Assembly (NCBI GenBank): GCA_945874115.1
Contig: CAMCFD010000001.1
Location: 1 to 51,051, forward strand
Origin: Rickettsia typhi
GTDB lineage: Bacteria; Pseudomonadota; Alphaproteobacteria; Rickettsiales; UBA1997
DNA: 51,051 bases
Direction of reading: 5' to 3'
The notes beneath the pieces are model-generated. The model did not search any database. It saw nothing but the letters and a program-made list of their open reading frames with translations, and had not been told where the DNA came from. Positions 42,264-51,051 of this stretch are shown piece after piece. How positions within the stretch are numbered: the first letter of the stretch is position 1; each line of letters opens with the position of its first letter. Position numbers and translations under genes: made by a program.

Positions 42264-44444
42264 ATGGCAAACTCATTAAAATTCACCATCGATAAAAATG
42301 GTGTCGCTAATTTGGTTTTTGATTTAGAGGGAGAGAAAATTAACAAGCTCTCGGCGCCCGTTTTGCTTGAGCTTGAAAAGGCCATAAATGTCATTGACGG
42401 CAACAGAGCAATTCGTGTTTTATTAATTTCATCAAACAAAAAAGATATTTTCATTGCCGGCGCCGACATCAATGAAATCAAAGATTTGCGCGAGCCAAAA
42501 GACGCATACGCCAAAGTTTCTTACGGACAAAATATTCTCGATAAAATCGCGAATTTAAAAATCCCGACGATTGCAATTATTAACGGAGCGTGTCTTGGTG
42601 GCGGTCTAGAGCTTGCGATTGCCTGCAAATATCGCGTCGGTGTTGTTAACTCAAAAACCGTTATGGGCCTGCCCGAAGTTAATCTTGGCATAATCCCTGG
42701 ATTTGGCGGAACTCAGCGCCTTCCAAAACTTGTTGGACTCGAACAATCTTTAAAAATGATTCTTACGGGAAGTCCGATTGACACCGCCAAGGCCTATAAA
42801 TCTGGGCTTATCGACGACATTGTTCGCGAAGAATTTTTGGAAGAAAAAATGGGTCATTTTGTGACCGAAATTATCAAAAATGGCGAACAAAATTGCTATT
42901 TATTAAAGCGCAAAAAAGATGCCAATTCGCGCTTTATAGTTGAATCTTTGTTGCTAAAAAAATATTTAATTTATTATTTTGTCAAAAAAGATTTAATGGC
43001 AAAAACTAAAGGAAATTATCCGGCGCCGCTCGCCGCACTTGAAGTTATAAAAAAAACTTACGGACTTACTTACGGCAAAAGAGGATTCAAAGTCGAGCTT
43101 GACGCTTTTTGTGAGTTGTGTGTTGGTGAAATTTCGAAAAATTTAATCGAAATTTTCTTTATAAATGAAGATCTAAAAAAAGATGACGGCGTCGCCAATT
43201 CGGCCGAACTTGTTGACAATAAATATTTCATAAAAAATGCCGCACTTGTCGGAGCCGGAATTATGGGCGGTGGAATCGCTTGGCTTTTCGCCAATAAAGA
43301 CATCAACATTCGCATCAAAGACATCTCGCAAAAAGCCATCAGTATTGGATATAATCAAATTTCTAAAATTTTCGATCAGCTTAAAAAAATCAGAAAATTG
43401 ACGCAATCCCAAATTGATATGAAAATGGGGAAAGTGACTTCTGTCCTTGATTATAGCGGGTTCTCACAATCACAAATAGTTGTCGAAGCGGTGATTGAAA
43501 ATATGTCAGTGAAAAAAACTATTTTGGCGCAAATTGAAGAAGAAATCGCGCCAAATGCGATAATCGTAAGCAACACTTCATCTTTGTCTATTACTGAAAT
43601 GGGCAGCGCGCTCAAGAATCCCGCGCGTTTTGCGGGAATGCATTTTTTTAATCCTGTCAACAGAATGCCTTTGGTTGAAGTTATTCGCGGCGAAAAAACT
43701 TCGGACGAAACTATCGTAAAAGTCGTGAAGCTCTCTAAAAAGCTTGGCAAAACACCGATTGTGGTTAAAGACGTTGCCGGATTCTTGGTTAATAGAATTT
43801 TGCTTCCATTAATGAACGAAGCATCTTATTTATTGCAAGAAGGCGGAGAAATTGAAAAAATCGACCGCGCGATCGAAAATTTCGGCATGCCGATGGGCCC
43901 ATTTGTTTTGGCTGATGTGGTCGGGATTGACGTTGGTTCTAAAGTCGCTTATTCGCTTTATGAGGCTTATGGAAATCGCATGAAAGTCGCTGAAATTTTG
44001 GTCGAAATTCATGAAAATCATAAAGAATTACTTGGCAAAAAATCAGGAATCGGTTTTTATAATTATTCACTTGGCGAGAAAAAACCTTTCGTAAATTTGC
44101 AAATTAAAAAGATTCTTGCTGAGTTGCGCACAAAAAAATCTTTGCCAATTTATTATGCAAGCGACGAAAAAATTGTTGATCGCTGCATTTTAACTATGGT
44201 TAACGAGGCCGCAAAATGTTTGGAAGAAGGTGTTGTGAAAAACGCACGCCATCTTGACATGGCAATGATTATGGGCGCTGGATTTCCTGCGTTTCGTGGT
44301 GGAGTTTTGCGTTATGTCGACAATCGTGGAATTAAAAATGTTGTCGCAAAACTTCAGGAATTCGAAGATAAAATTGGTGAGCGTTTTAAAGTGAGCCAGC
44401 TGTTGATTGATATGGCGAAGCACGATCAGAAATTTTATCAATAA
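42264..44444 (+). CDS. fadB: Fatty-acid oxidation multifunctional protein (enoyl-CoA hydratase / 3-hydroxyacyl-CoA dehydrogenase, FadB/FadJ type)
   Basis: 726 aa with an N-terminal crotonase fold ('FIAGADI', 'INGACLGGGLELA'), a central Rossmann fold 'AALVGAGIMGGGIA' and 'HFFNPV'. Confidence 0.85.
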   Translation: MANSLKFTIDKNGVANLVFDLEGEKINKLSAPVLLELEKAINVIDGNRAIRVLLISSNKKDIFIAGADINEIKDLREPKDAYAKVSYGQNILDKIANLKIPTIAIINGACLGGGLELAIACKYRVGVVNSKTVMGLPEVNLGIIPGFGGTQRLPKLVGLEQSLKMILTGSPIDTAKAYKSGLIDDIVREEFLEEKMGHFVTEIIKNGEQNCYLLKRKKDANSRFIVESLLLKKYLIYYFVKKDLMAKTKGNYPAPLAALEVIKKTYGLTYGKRGFKVELDAFCELCVGEISKNLIEIFFINEDLKKDDGVANSAELVDNKYFIKNAALVGAGIMGGGIAWLFANKDINIRIKDISQKAISIGYNQISKIFDQLKKIRKLTQSQIDMKMGKVTSVLDYSGFSQSQIVVEAVIENMSVKKTILAQIEEEIAPNAIIVSNTSSLSITEMGSALKNPARFAGMHFFNPVNRMPLVEVIRGEKTSDETIVKVVKLSKKLGKTPIVVKDVAGFLVNRILLPLMNEASYLLQEGGEIEKIDRAIENFGMPMGPFVLADVVGIDVGSKVAYSLYEAYGNRMKVAEILVEIHENHKELLGKKSGIGFYNYSLGEKKPFVNLQIKKILAELRTKKSLPIYYASDEKIVDRCILTMVNEAAKCLEEGVVKNARHLDMAMIMGAGFPAFRGGVLRYVDNRGIKNVVAKLQEFEDKIGERFKVSQLLIDMAKHDQKFYQ

Positions 44445-44484
44445 TCGCGAGGCGGTTTTTGTGAGGCGAGTTTGGTTTTAAAAA

Positions 44485-45747
44485 CTACTCATATTTTTCT
44501 TCTTGCAAAAAATCGAATTTTTCATTTTTTCTTTCGGCGATTAAATCACTCAAAATTTTTGCAGAGCCGCAAGACATTGTCCAGCCTAAATGTCCATGTC
44601 CGGCGTTTAAGAACAAGTTGCCATAAGTTTTAACTTTACAAATTAATGGAATTGAATTTGGGCGAAATGGGCGAAATCCTTGCCACGAAATGCAATTTGC
44701 AATATTACCAAAATCGGAAAAATTATTGCGAATTCTTGATTTTAAGAAAGAGATGAGCGAGTCGTTAATTTTGCTTTGTGGGTCAGAAATTTCAATCGCG
44801 CCGGCCGCTCGAAATATGTTGCTGATTCTGCTGTAAACCATTTTATTTTCAGGGTCAGTCAGTGCCATTTTTGGCGCCAAAAACTCTCCATCGGCCTTAA
44901 TTGACAAGCTGTATCCTTTAATTGGATAAATTCCGCTATTTAATTTTATACCTTCCAGTAATTTTTCGCCGCCAAATCCGAGCGCATAAACATAAGCGTC
45001 GCCAACGTAAACATTTTTAGTAGTGTTAATTCCGGTAATTTTCTTGTAATTTGTGAAAATATTTTTAATTTCGCAGTCATATTCAAAAACAACGCCATAT
45101 TTTTCTGTACAAATTTTTGCCAAATTGTTAGCAAATAAAGACGCATTTCCACTAGCGTCACGAGCGTGGAATAAGCCTCCAAGCAACTTTCCTTCGTCAT
45201 AAAGCTTGACAAGAGTCGGTTCTTTTTCTATACAATTTTCTTTGTTTAGAATTTCTATTTTGTCGCCCAAACCATTCTGAATTTCGGCCTGTTTTATGGC
45301 GCTTTCAAAAAGTTTATGGTTAGTATAAAAATGTAAAATTCCTTGATTTGAATATTCAAAATCAATCTTTTCTTCTCTCATTATAAAATCAAGAGAATCG
45401 AGGCTTTGCTGCCCTAATAAAAAAAGTTTATTGCTGATTATTTGTGATTTTTTTTCGCCATAATTTTTTAAGAAATCTAGACAGAATCTTAAGAATTTTT
45501 TATTGGCAAAACTTTTTACTGACAAGAAAGAATTTGGCTTAAACAGTGATTTTGCGATCAATGGAAGTGAGGATTTCGACGAAAAAGGTTCGATATGAGA
45601 ATAGCTTAATTGTCCACCGTTTGCAAAAGAGCAGCCCGAAGCCACCTTGTCGCTTTTTTCTAAAACCACAACTTCGTGACCGTCGCGAGCCAGAAAATAT
45701 GCGGTCGTAACCCCAATTATTCCAGCGCCCATTACAATTACTTTCAT
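44485..45747 (-). CDS. dadA: FAD-dependent D-amino-acid dehydrogenase-like oxidoreductase
   Basis: 420 aa with 'KVIVMGAGIIGVTTAYFLARDGHEVVVLEK' and 'NAGHGHLGWT' near the C-terminus, as in DadA. Confidence 0.7.
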   Translation of the reverse strand: MKVIVMGAGIIGVTTAYFLARDGHEVVVLEKSDKVASGCSFANGGQLSYSHIEPFSSKSSLPLIAKSLFKPNSFLSVKSFANKKFLRFCLDFLKNYGEKKSQIISNKLFLLGQQSLDSLDFIMREEKIDFEYSNQGILHFYTNHKLFESAIKQAEIQNGLGDKIEILNKENCIEKEPTLVKLYDEGKLLGGLFHARDASGNASLFANNLAKICTEKYGVVFEYDCEIKNIFTNYKKITGINTTKNVYVGDAYVYALGFGGEKLLEGIKLNSGIYPIKGYSLSIKADGEFLAPKMALTDPENKMVYSRISNIFRAAGAIEISDPQSKINDSLISFLKSRIRNNFSDFGNIANCISWQGFRPFRPNSIPLICKVKTYGNLFLNAGHGHLGWTMSCGSAKILSDLIAERKNEKFDFLQEEKYE

Positions 45748-45843
45748 TTTACAAAATAGGGTTGTTAATTTTTTAAAAATATTTAAAATATATTCTATAA
45801 AGTTTTTCTAAAATAACAATATTTTTCCGTTCATTTTACTTCA

Positions 45844-48669
45844 ATGTCCAATATTTTCAGCATTCCGTCAAATTTTGGCTTTTTCGACTCATTTTTGAAG
45901 TGGATTTCGCTTGAATTCGCAAGTAATCCTCAAAAAATAAGTGACTTAACGGTTATTTTTCCAAATCGCAGATCTTGTCGCGAATTTGAAAGGCTTTTTA
46001 GTATCAACTTCGAAAGCAGCGTAAAGCCTCCAAAATTCAAGGCGATTGCCGATATTTCGTCAAAAGATTTTTATAATTTTTTCCCAAGCGAGAAAATAAA
46101 GTCAACGATTGACGAAATTAACAAAATTCAACATTTAAACAATCTCGACTATTTATTTTTCCTAAGTGAAGAAGTTATAAAGGCTGAAATCTTCGGAAAG
46201 ATTGATTTTTCTCAGGCGCTAAGCCTTGCCGAGAGTCTAAAAAATCTATTTGATGACATTGAAAGAAATGAAATCGATATCGAAAAATTATACGAAATTG
46301 ACGATTCAAAACTTTCACAGCATCGCCAATTTACTCTCGATTTTTTAAGAGAATTTTATGTTAAAATCAAAAGCCAAACCATAAAAAAGAATATCTTCAA
46401 TGACGTTGCTTTGCAAAATTTTATAATTCAAAAATTCGCATCAGCAATTGAAGAATTTGGATTGTCATCAAGACTTATAATTGCAGGATCAACCGGAAGT
46501 ATTGACTATGGAAAAAAGTTAATAAAGGCGATTTTTTCTCAGAAAAATGGCCATGTTATTTTGTATGGATTAAACAAAAATTATCAAATTTTTAATGACG
46601 AAAAAGACGCGCAATTTATTTTAAATGAACTGCTGAATTTTATTCAAGTTCAAAAAAATGAAATCAAAGAAATTATTTTTGACGAGTTTCTTTTGTGTGA
46701 TAAAAAAAGAATCGACTTTATTTCATGCGCCTTGCTTCCAAGCGAAGAAACTCATGTTTGGAATTCTCTGAAATTCGATGAAGATTTTCTCGAAAAAGAT
46801 TTTACAAAAAACTTTTCATATTTTGAAGCTTCAAATGAAATTGAAGAGGCTAGAATTGTTGCAAATAAAGCATTGCAGGCTTTTAAAGAAAATAAAAAAA
46901 CTGCAATAATCGTAAATTCTAAAGATTTTTCGCGACTAATAAAAACTCAATTAAAGAATTTAGAATTAGAGTTTAATGACACAAGAAGCCTTGATTTGTC
47001 TGAATCTAAGCTTATAAATTTTATTTTATTAATAACAGAATTAATCGAAAGCAATTTTGAAAGCGCAACATTGCTTGCCGTTTTGAAGCATCAATATAAT
47101 TCTTTTTCTTGCGATGAAAAAAATCTAAAAATATTCGAAATAGAAGTTCTGAGAAATGCTAGAAATGGCGCAGGAATTGATTCAATTCAATCAAGATTGA
47201 GGTTTTTAGAAAATGAAACGCAAGAGTTTTTCTCAAATTTTTATGATAAAATAAAAAATCTTCAAAAGAATAATTACGAGATAAATTTATCAAGTTTTTT
47301 CGAAGAAATAATAAATGTAACTCAAGATCTATCTTCAAAAAATATTGAAGAACTTCTTGAAGATGAAGAGGCTAAGGATGAAATTTCAGAATTGTTCTTA
47401 AAAATAAAGTCTAAGCAAAATCTAAAAATAAAATTTAGTGAAATTTCTGAGTTTTTTATTAAATTATTTTCGCATATTTCTTATTTTGAAAAAAGCCCAA
47501 AAGAATGGCAAATACAGATTATTTCGCCAATTGAAGTGCGACTTTTAAATTTTGATTTACTTATAATAACTTCACTAAATCACGGCGAATTTCCTCAAAT
47601 TCAGAGCGATAATTGGCTTGGAAAAAAAATCAGAAAAGATTTAGACATCGATTTAGCGAATAAAAAATATGGACAAAATGCCTATGATTTTTGTAATTAT
47701 TTATCGAATGAATCGGTTATTTTAACGCGCTCAAAGTCGAAAAATGGGTCGCCGACAATGCCTTCACCTTTTATTTTAAGATTAGAAATATTGCTAAAAA
47801 AAATCGGATTTTCTTTTGATTGCGATAAAAAATTATCAGAAAGTAAAATCACAAAATCTATAAAGAACAAACTTCAATCGCCAAAAGTTCCCTTGAAACA
47901 TAGGCCGCAAAAGCTTGCGATAACTGATATTGCGAAATTAATTTCTGACCCATATCAAATTTATGTGAAGAAAATTTTGTGCCTTAAAGAATTGAATAAA
48001 ATTGATTATGAGCCAAATTATAAAGAGTTTGGAAGCTTTATTCATAAGGCTCTAGAAGAATTTGTAAAAAATAACCAAAGTGAAAAAGATTTCCTTCAAA
48101 ATGCGCAAAATATTTTTTATCAATATTTTTTAAGCGAAGAATCGAAAATGATTTGGTGGCCAAAATTCGAAAATATTTTCCGCAATTTTGCCTTACAAAA
48201 TAGAGAACTAGTGGCTTTAAAAAATTTCGTTGAAATTTCGGCTAAAATTAGAATAAAGAACGTTTTGATAAGTGCAAAAATTGACAGAATTTCTATTGCA
48301 CAAAATGGCGAAATAGAAATTTTTGATTATAAAACTGGCCAAATTCCGGCGAAGAAAAATGTCTTTGCAGGTCACGATCCACAGCTTACGCTTTATGGCT
48401 TGACATTGCTTGAAGGTGAGGTTGGTGATGAAAATTTTGGTAAAAATTTTAACAAAATCAAAAGCTTAAATTATTGGAAATTGTCCGCTTTTCGAGATGG
48501 TGAAATAAAAAATATTGCCAAAGATGATGAAATATTAAAGCTGATTGAGGCTTCAAAAACCGGAGTTGAGAAGCTTTTGCAATATTATGAAGCTGAAGAA
48601 AATTGCTATAAAATTTCGCTAAATCAGGCTAGGCGACACGAATATTCACATTTGGAGAGGATTTTTTAA
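45844..48669 (+). CDS. addB: Double-strand break repair protein AddB, alphaproteobacterial type (PD-(D/E)XK nuclease C-terminus)
   Basis: 941 aa with a C-terminal nuclease motif 'KIDRISI...IEIFDYKTGQIP'. The length and the absence of helicase motifs fit alpha-type AddB. No addA follows. Confidence 0.65.
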   Translation: MSNIFSIPSNFGFFDSFLKWISLEFASNPQKISDLTVIFPNRRSCREFERLFSINFESSVKPPKFKAIADISSKDFYNFFPSEKIKSTIDEINKIQHLNNLDYLFFLSEEVIKAEIFGKIDFSQALSLAESLKNLFDDIERNEIDIEKLYEIDDSKLSQHRQFTLDFLREFYVKIKSQTIKKNIFNDVALQNFIIQKFASAIEEFGLSSRLIIAGSTGSIDYGKKLIKAIFSQKNGHVILYGLNKNYQIFNDEKDAQFILNELLNFIQVQKNEIKEIIFDEFLLCDKKRIDFISCALLPSEETHVWNSLKFDEDFLEKDFTKNFSYFEASNEIEEARIVANKALQAFKENKKTAIIVNSKDFSRLIKTQLKNLELEFNDTRSLDLSESKLINFILLITELIESNFESATLLAVLKHQYNSFSCDEKNLKIFEIEVLRNARNGAGIDSIQSRLRFLENETQEFFSNFYDKIKNLQKNNYEINLSSFFEEIINVTQDLSSKNIEELLEDEEAKDEISELFLKIKSKQNLKIKFSEISEFFIKLFSHISYFEKSPKEWQIQIISPIEVRLLNFDLLIITSLNHGEFPQIQSDNWLGKKIRKDLDIDLANKKYGQNAYDFCNYLSNESVILTRSKSKNGSPTMPSPFILRLEILLKKIGFSFDCDKKLSESKITKSIKNKLQSPKVPLKHRPQKLAITDIAKLISDPYQIYVKKILCLKELNKIDYEPNYKEFGSFIHKALEEFVKNNQSEKDFLQNAQNIFYQYFLSEESKMIWWPKFENIFRNFALQNRELVALKNFVEISAKIRIKNVLISAKIDRISIAQNGEIEIFDYKTGQIPAKKNVFAGHDPQLTLYGLTLLEGEVGDENFGKNFNKIKSLNYWKLSAFRDGEIKNIAKDDEILKLIEASKTGVEKLLQYYEAEENCYKISLNQARRHEYSHLERIF

Positions 48670-48672
48670 AAT

Positions 48673-49413
48673 ATGCATTACAAAATTACCATTGAATATG
48701 ACGGCACAAATTATGTCGGATGGCAGGCGCAAATTGACTGCGAGACGCCTTCGATTGAAAAAGTTTTGCAAGATGCGATTTTTGCAATGACGCAAGAAGT
48801 GGTTAAATTAAATTGCTCGGGGCGAACGGATTCTGGTGTTCACGCAATTGCTCAAGTCGCCGATTTTGTTGCAAGCAAAGAGCTAGAGCCGTTTCGCATG
48901 ATGATGGGCCTCAACAATTATTTAATCGACAGCGACATCGTCATAACAAATTGCGAAATTGTCGACGAAAATTTTCACGCCAGATTTGACGCAAAACTCA
49001 GATCTTATCGTTATATAATTGTGAATCGCAAGTCGCGTCTGGCTCTGCAAAAAAACCGCGCTTGGCATATTCACGGTGATTTAAATCTTGAAAATATGCA
49101 AAAAGCGGCGCAGCATTTGCTTGGAAGTCATGATTTTTCGGCCTTTCGCGACGCAAAATGTCAGGCAAAATCGCCAATTAAAACAGTTGAAAAAATTGAT
49201 ATTTTGCGAAACGAAGATCAAATAATAATCGAAATTAGCGCCAAATCTTTTCTTCATCACATGGTAAGAAATCTGGTCGGAACCATTGTTTTGGCAGGCT
49301 TAAATAAGATTGAAGTTGATGATGTGAAAGAAATTTTAAAAAGCAAAGATCGTACAAAATCAGGCCAAAATGCGCCAGCTTGTGGGCTTTATTTTCTAGG
49401 AGTGAAATATTAG
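48673..49413 (+). CDS. truA: tRNA pseudouridine(38-40) synthase
   Basis: 246 aa with 'YDGTNYVGWQ', catalytic 'GRTDSGVHA', 'RSYRY' and 'FLHHMVRNLVG'. Confidence 0.92.
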   Translation: MHYKITIEYDGTNYVGWQAQIDCETPSIEKVLQDAIFAMTQEVVKLNCSGRTDSGVHAIAQVADFVASKELEPFRMMMGLNNYLIDSDIVITNCEIVDENFHARFDAKLRSYRYIIVNRKSRLALQKNRAWHIHGDLNLENMQKAAQHLLGSHDFSAFRDAKCQAKSPIKTVEKIDILRNEDQIIIEISAKSFLHHMVRNLVGTIVLAGLNKIEVDDVKEILKSKDRTKSGQNAPACGLYFLGVKY

Positions 49414-49450
49414 ATAAGCCTCGAAGATGGTGAAAATTAGAGCTCTTCGC

Positions 49451-49777
49451 CTAAAATTCGTTAAAAAAACATGTTTTTTCGCCCGTGTGACAAGCGGCGC
49501 CAGTTTGTTTAACTTTCAATAAAATACAGTCATAATCACAGTCAGCTGTAAGGCTTATGACTTCTTGCAAATGTCCCGAAGTTGCGCCTTTTTTCCAAAT
49601 TTCGCCTCGAGAGCGCGAGAAATATGTGGCAAAACCAGTTTTTTGTGTTATAATTATACTTTCTTCGTTCATCCAAGCTTGCATCAGCACCTGATTAGTT
49701 TGATAATCTTGCGCAATTGCACAAATAAGGCCGTCTTGGTTGAACTTTAGTTTTTTTAGAATATCGGTCATTTTCAC
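49451..49777 (-). CDS. hisI: Phosphoribosyl-AMP cyclohydrolase (monofunctional)
   Basis: 108 aa with 'LMQAWMNEES', 'YFSRSRGEIWKKGATSGH', 'DCDYDCILLKV' and 'ACHTGEKTCF'. Confidence 0.9.
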   Translation of the reverse strand: MKMTDILKKLKFNQDGLICAIAQDYQTNQVLMQAWMNEESIIITQKTGFATYFSRSRGEIWKKGATSGHLQEVISLTADCDYDCILLKVKQTGAACHTGEKTCFFNEF

Positions 49778-49786
49778 AAATTATTT

Positions 49787-49798
49787 GGCAAATTTGCC
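49787..49798. promoter_or_regulatory. Perfect 12-bp palindrome GGCAAATTTGCC in the hisI-queD divergent intergenic region (possible operator)
   Basis: It is self-complementary, lying 10 nt from the hisI start and 31 nt from the queD start. The flanking 'cattttcacaaatta' resembles the left end of repeat copy B. Confidence 0.25.
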
Positions 49799-49829
49799 GA
49801 TAATTATAACAAAGTTTTTTTAAAACAAA

Positions 49830-50249
49830 ATGATTATTTGTACCAGAAGAATCGAATTTGACGCCGCGCACAGAATTCGCGATCACGAAAGTAAATGCAA
49901 AATGTTGCACGGACATCGCTATGCCCTTGAAGCCAGCTTCGAAGCGCCATCTCTCGACGATTTGGGGCGAGTCATCGACTTTGGCGCAATCAGAGAAATT
50001 CTCGGATCTTGGATTGATGAAAATTTCGATCACAACACAATCTTGTCGAAAGATGATAAAGAGCTTGGCGAAAAAATCGCACAAGAAACCGGACAAAAAA
50101 TTTTCTACCTCAATTATCACCCTACAGCAGAAAACATCGCGAGATTCTTGTTTGAAGAAATTTGCCCAAAATTATTCGCTTTGCAAAAAATAAAATGCGT
50201 CGAAATTAAACTTTATGAAACCCCGAATTGCTATGCAAAAATTAAATAA
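49830..50249 (+). CDS. queD: 6-carboxy-5,6,7,8-tetrahydropterin synthase
   Basis: 139 aa with 'FDAAHRI', 'CKMLHGHRY' and 'FDHN', the PTPS/QueD zinc and catalytic motifs. Confidence 0.85.
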   Translation: MIICTRRIEFDAAHRIRDHESKCKMLHGHRYALEASFEAPSLDDLGRVIDFGAIREILGSWIDENFDHNTILSKDDKELGEKIAQETGQKIFYLNYHPTAENIARFLFEEICPKLFALQKIKCVEIKLYETPNCYAKIK

Positions 50250-50637
50250 CTTTTCGACAAAATATCGCATTTACTACGAAGACACCGACGCTGGCGGCGT
50301 TGTTTATTACGCGAATTATCTCAAATTTTTCGAGCGCGCCAGAACAGATTTTTTGCGCGCTTCAAATATTTCGCAAAATCAATTATTGCAAAGCGAAAAA
50401 TTAATTTTCGTGGTAAGGCGCTGCGAGATTGATTATGTAAGTCCCGCAAAGCTTGACGATTTGGTTGAGGTCAGTGTTTTTGTCGAAAAAATTGGTGGCG
50501 CATCAATTAATATGAAGCAAGAAATGAGTGTTGACGGAAAAATTCTATCACGTCTAAACGTTGAGATTGTAAGTGTTGACGCGGAAAGCTTCAGGCCAAA
50601 AAAAATCTCGCAAGAATTAAAAGATTTATTGTCATAA
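50233..50637 (+). CDS. ybgC: Tol-Pal-associated acyl-CoA thioesterase (4HBT hotdog fold)
   Basis: 'YRIYYEDTDAGGVVYYANYLKFFERARTDFLR' is the YbgC signature. I prefer the ATG at 50233; the track ORF starts at 50215. Confidence 0.85.
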   Translation: MQKLNNFSTKYRIYYEDTDAGGVVYYANYLKFFERARTDFLRASNISQNQLLQSEKLIFVVRRCEIDYVSPAKLDDLVEVSVFVEKIGGASINMKQEMSVDGKILSRLNVEIVSVDAESFRPKKISQELKDLLS

Positions 50638-50660
50638 ATTTCTACGCAACTTCCAAATAA

Positions 50661-51051
50661 TTATTCCTTCATCAAAATAATTTCCGGAAGCGCGATTTCA
50701 ATAGTGTTTGCGCGAATATTAACTTTTGGAAAAAACTCATCTTGAAAAGGAAAATTCTCAATTTTATTTAAATTTAGCGCCGGATTTTCTTCATCGAATT
50801 TAATTTCAAGCATTGTTCCGCCGCCAAAATCAAGGACTGCGAGAACTTTGCCGATTTTTTTTCCATCAGAATTAACAACATCAAGCCCGATTAAATCAAC
50901 TTGATAAAATTCGTCGTCTGGCAATTCAGAAAAGTCTGCGCGATTAGTAAACAGTTGAACTTTGCCCATTTTTTCCGCCGCATTTCTGTCGTCAATTCCC
51001 GCAAATTTCGCAATTAAAACTGCATCACCTTGTTTGCTAAATCCAATTGAA
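50661..51051 (-). CDS. rimM: 16S rRNA processing protein RimM (5' end beyond the window)
   Basis: The reading frame stays open upstream of the listed Met to the window edge ('...SIGFSKQGDAVLIAKFAGIDDRNAAEKMGKVQLFTNR...LPDDEFYQVDLIGLDV'), matching RimM PRC-barrel proteins. Confidence 0.8.
   Translation of the reverse strand, partial: SIGFSKQGDAVLIAKFAGIDDRNAAEKMGKVQLFTNRADFSELPDDEFYQVDLIGLDVVNSDGKKIGKVLAVLDFGGGTMLEIKFDEENPALNLNKIENFPFQDEFFPKVNIRANTIEIALPEIILMKE

Noticed and set aside
49787-49798. TGGCAAATTTGCC as a sigma-54 (-24/-12) promoter.
   Set aside because: The spacing between the GG and GC elements is 2 nt shorter than the TGGCAC-N5-TTGC consensus. It is retained only as a generic palindrome/operator candidate.
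1-51051. Search for CRISPR arrays, tRNA/rRNA genes, transposases, integrases and classic defence or toxin-antitoxin modules.
   Set aside because: I saw no regularly spaced direct repeats, no cloverleaf or T-arm (GGTTCGA-type) candidates other than the tmRNA, and no ORF with DDE, tyrosine-recombinase or serine-recombinase motifs. Absence is judged by eye only.

Overview
This is a low-GC (roughly one third by eye), tightly packed chromosomal segment. I assign it to an alphaproteobacterium on four grounds: a circularly permuted two-piece tmRNA, an alpha-type SspB, an alpha-type AddB, and a TSUP/Alph_Pro_TM gene pair. Several eukaryote-like genes hint at a host-associated lifestyle, but that is inference only. 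About 55 protein genes are supported, and most are housekeeping: aroA, lysA, murE, pyrF, plsY, ribF, thiG, coaE, argD, fabG, trxB, truA, hisI, queD, ybgC and rimM. I recognised no rRNA, tRNA, CRISPR array or transposase. The non-housekeeping content stands out in eleven places. (1) A DUF2282 / DUF692 (MNIO) / DUF2063 / DoxX RiPP-type operon (bufferin/gig architecture) carries an extra, unplaceable Lys/Ser/Cys-repeat lipopeptide ORF between the DUF2282 precursor and the MNIO gene, with a divergent TetR gene and an inverted-repeat operator candidate. (2) Five translationally coupled, paralogous small lipoproteins share a duplicated aromatic-Gly-Cys motif. (3) There is a eukaryote-type N-terminal Xaa-Pro-Lys methyltransferase (NTM1) homologue. 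(4) A stand-alone C-terminal half of carB is present. (5) A GC-rich orphan ORF pair lies in two overlapping frames. (6) A lipidated subtilase autotransporter is followed by a convergent OMP gene plus an Arg-rich HExxH mini-protein. (7) ssrA lies directly upstream of its adaptor gene sspB. (8) A near-consensus Fur box sits in front of an FTR1 iron permease. (9) A family of short intergenic palindromic repeats is present. (10) A further unrelated 19-bp intergenic inverted repeat lies between cvpA and fabG. (11) Two head-to-head gene pairs have start codons separated by exactly CAT-TTT-ATG. All homology statements rest on motif recognition by eye and need HMM/BLAST confirmation.
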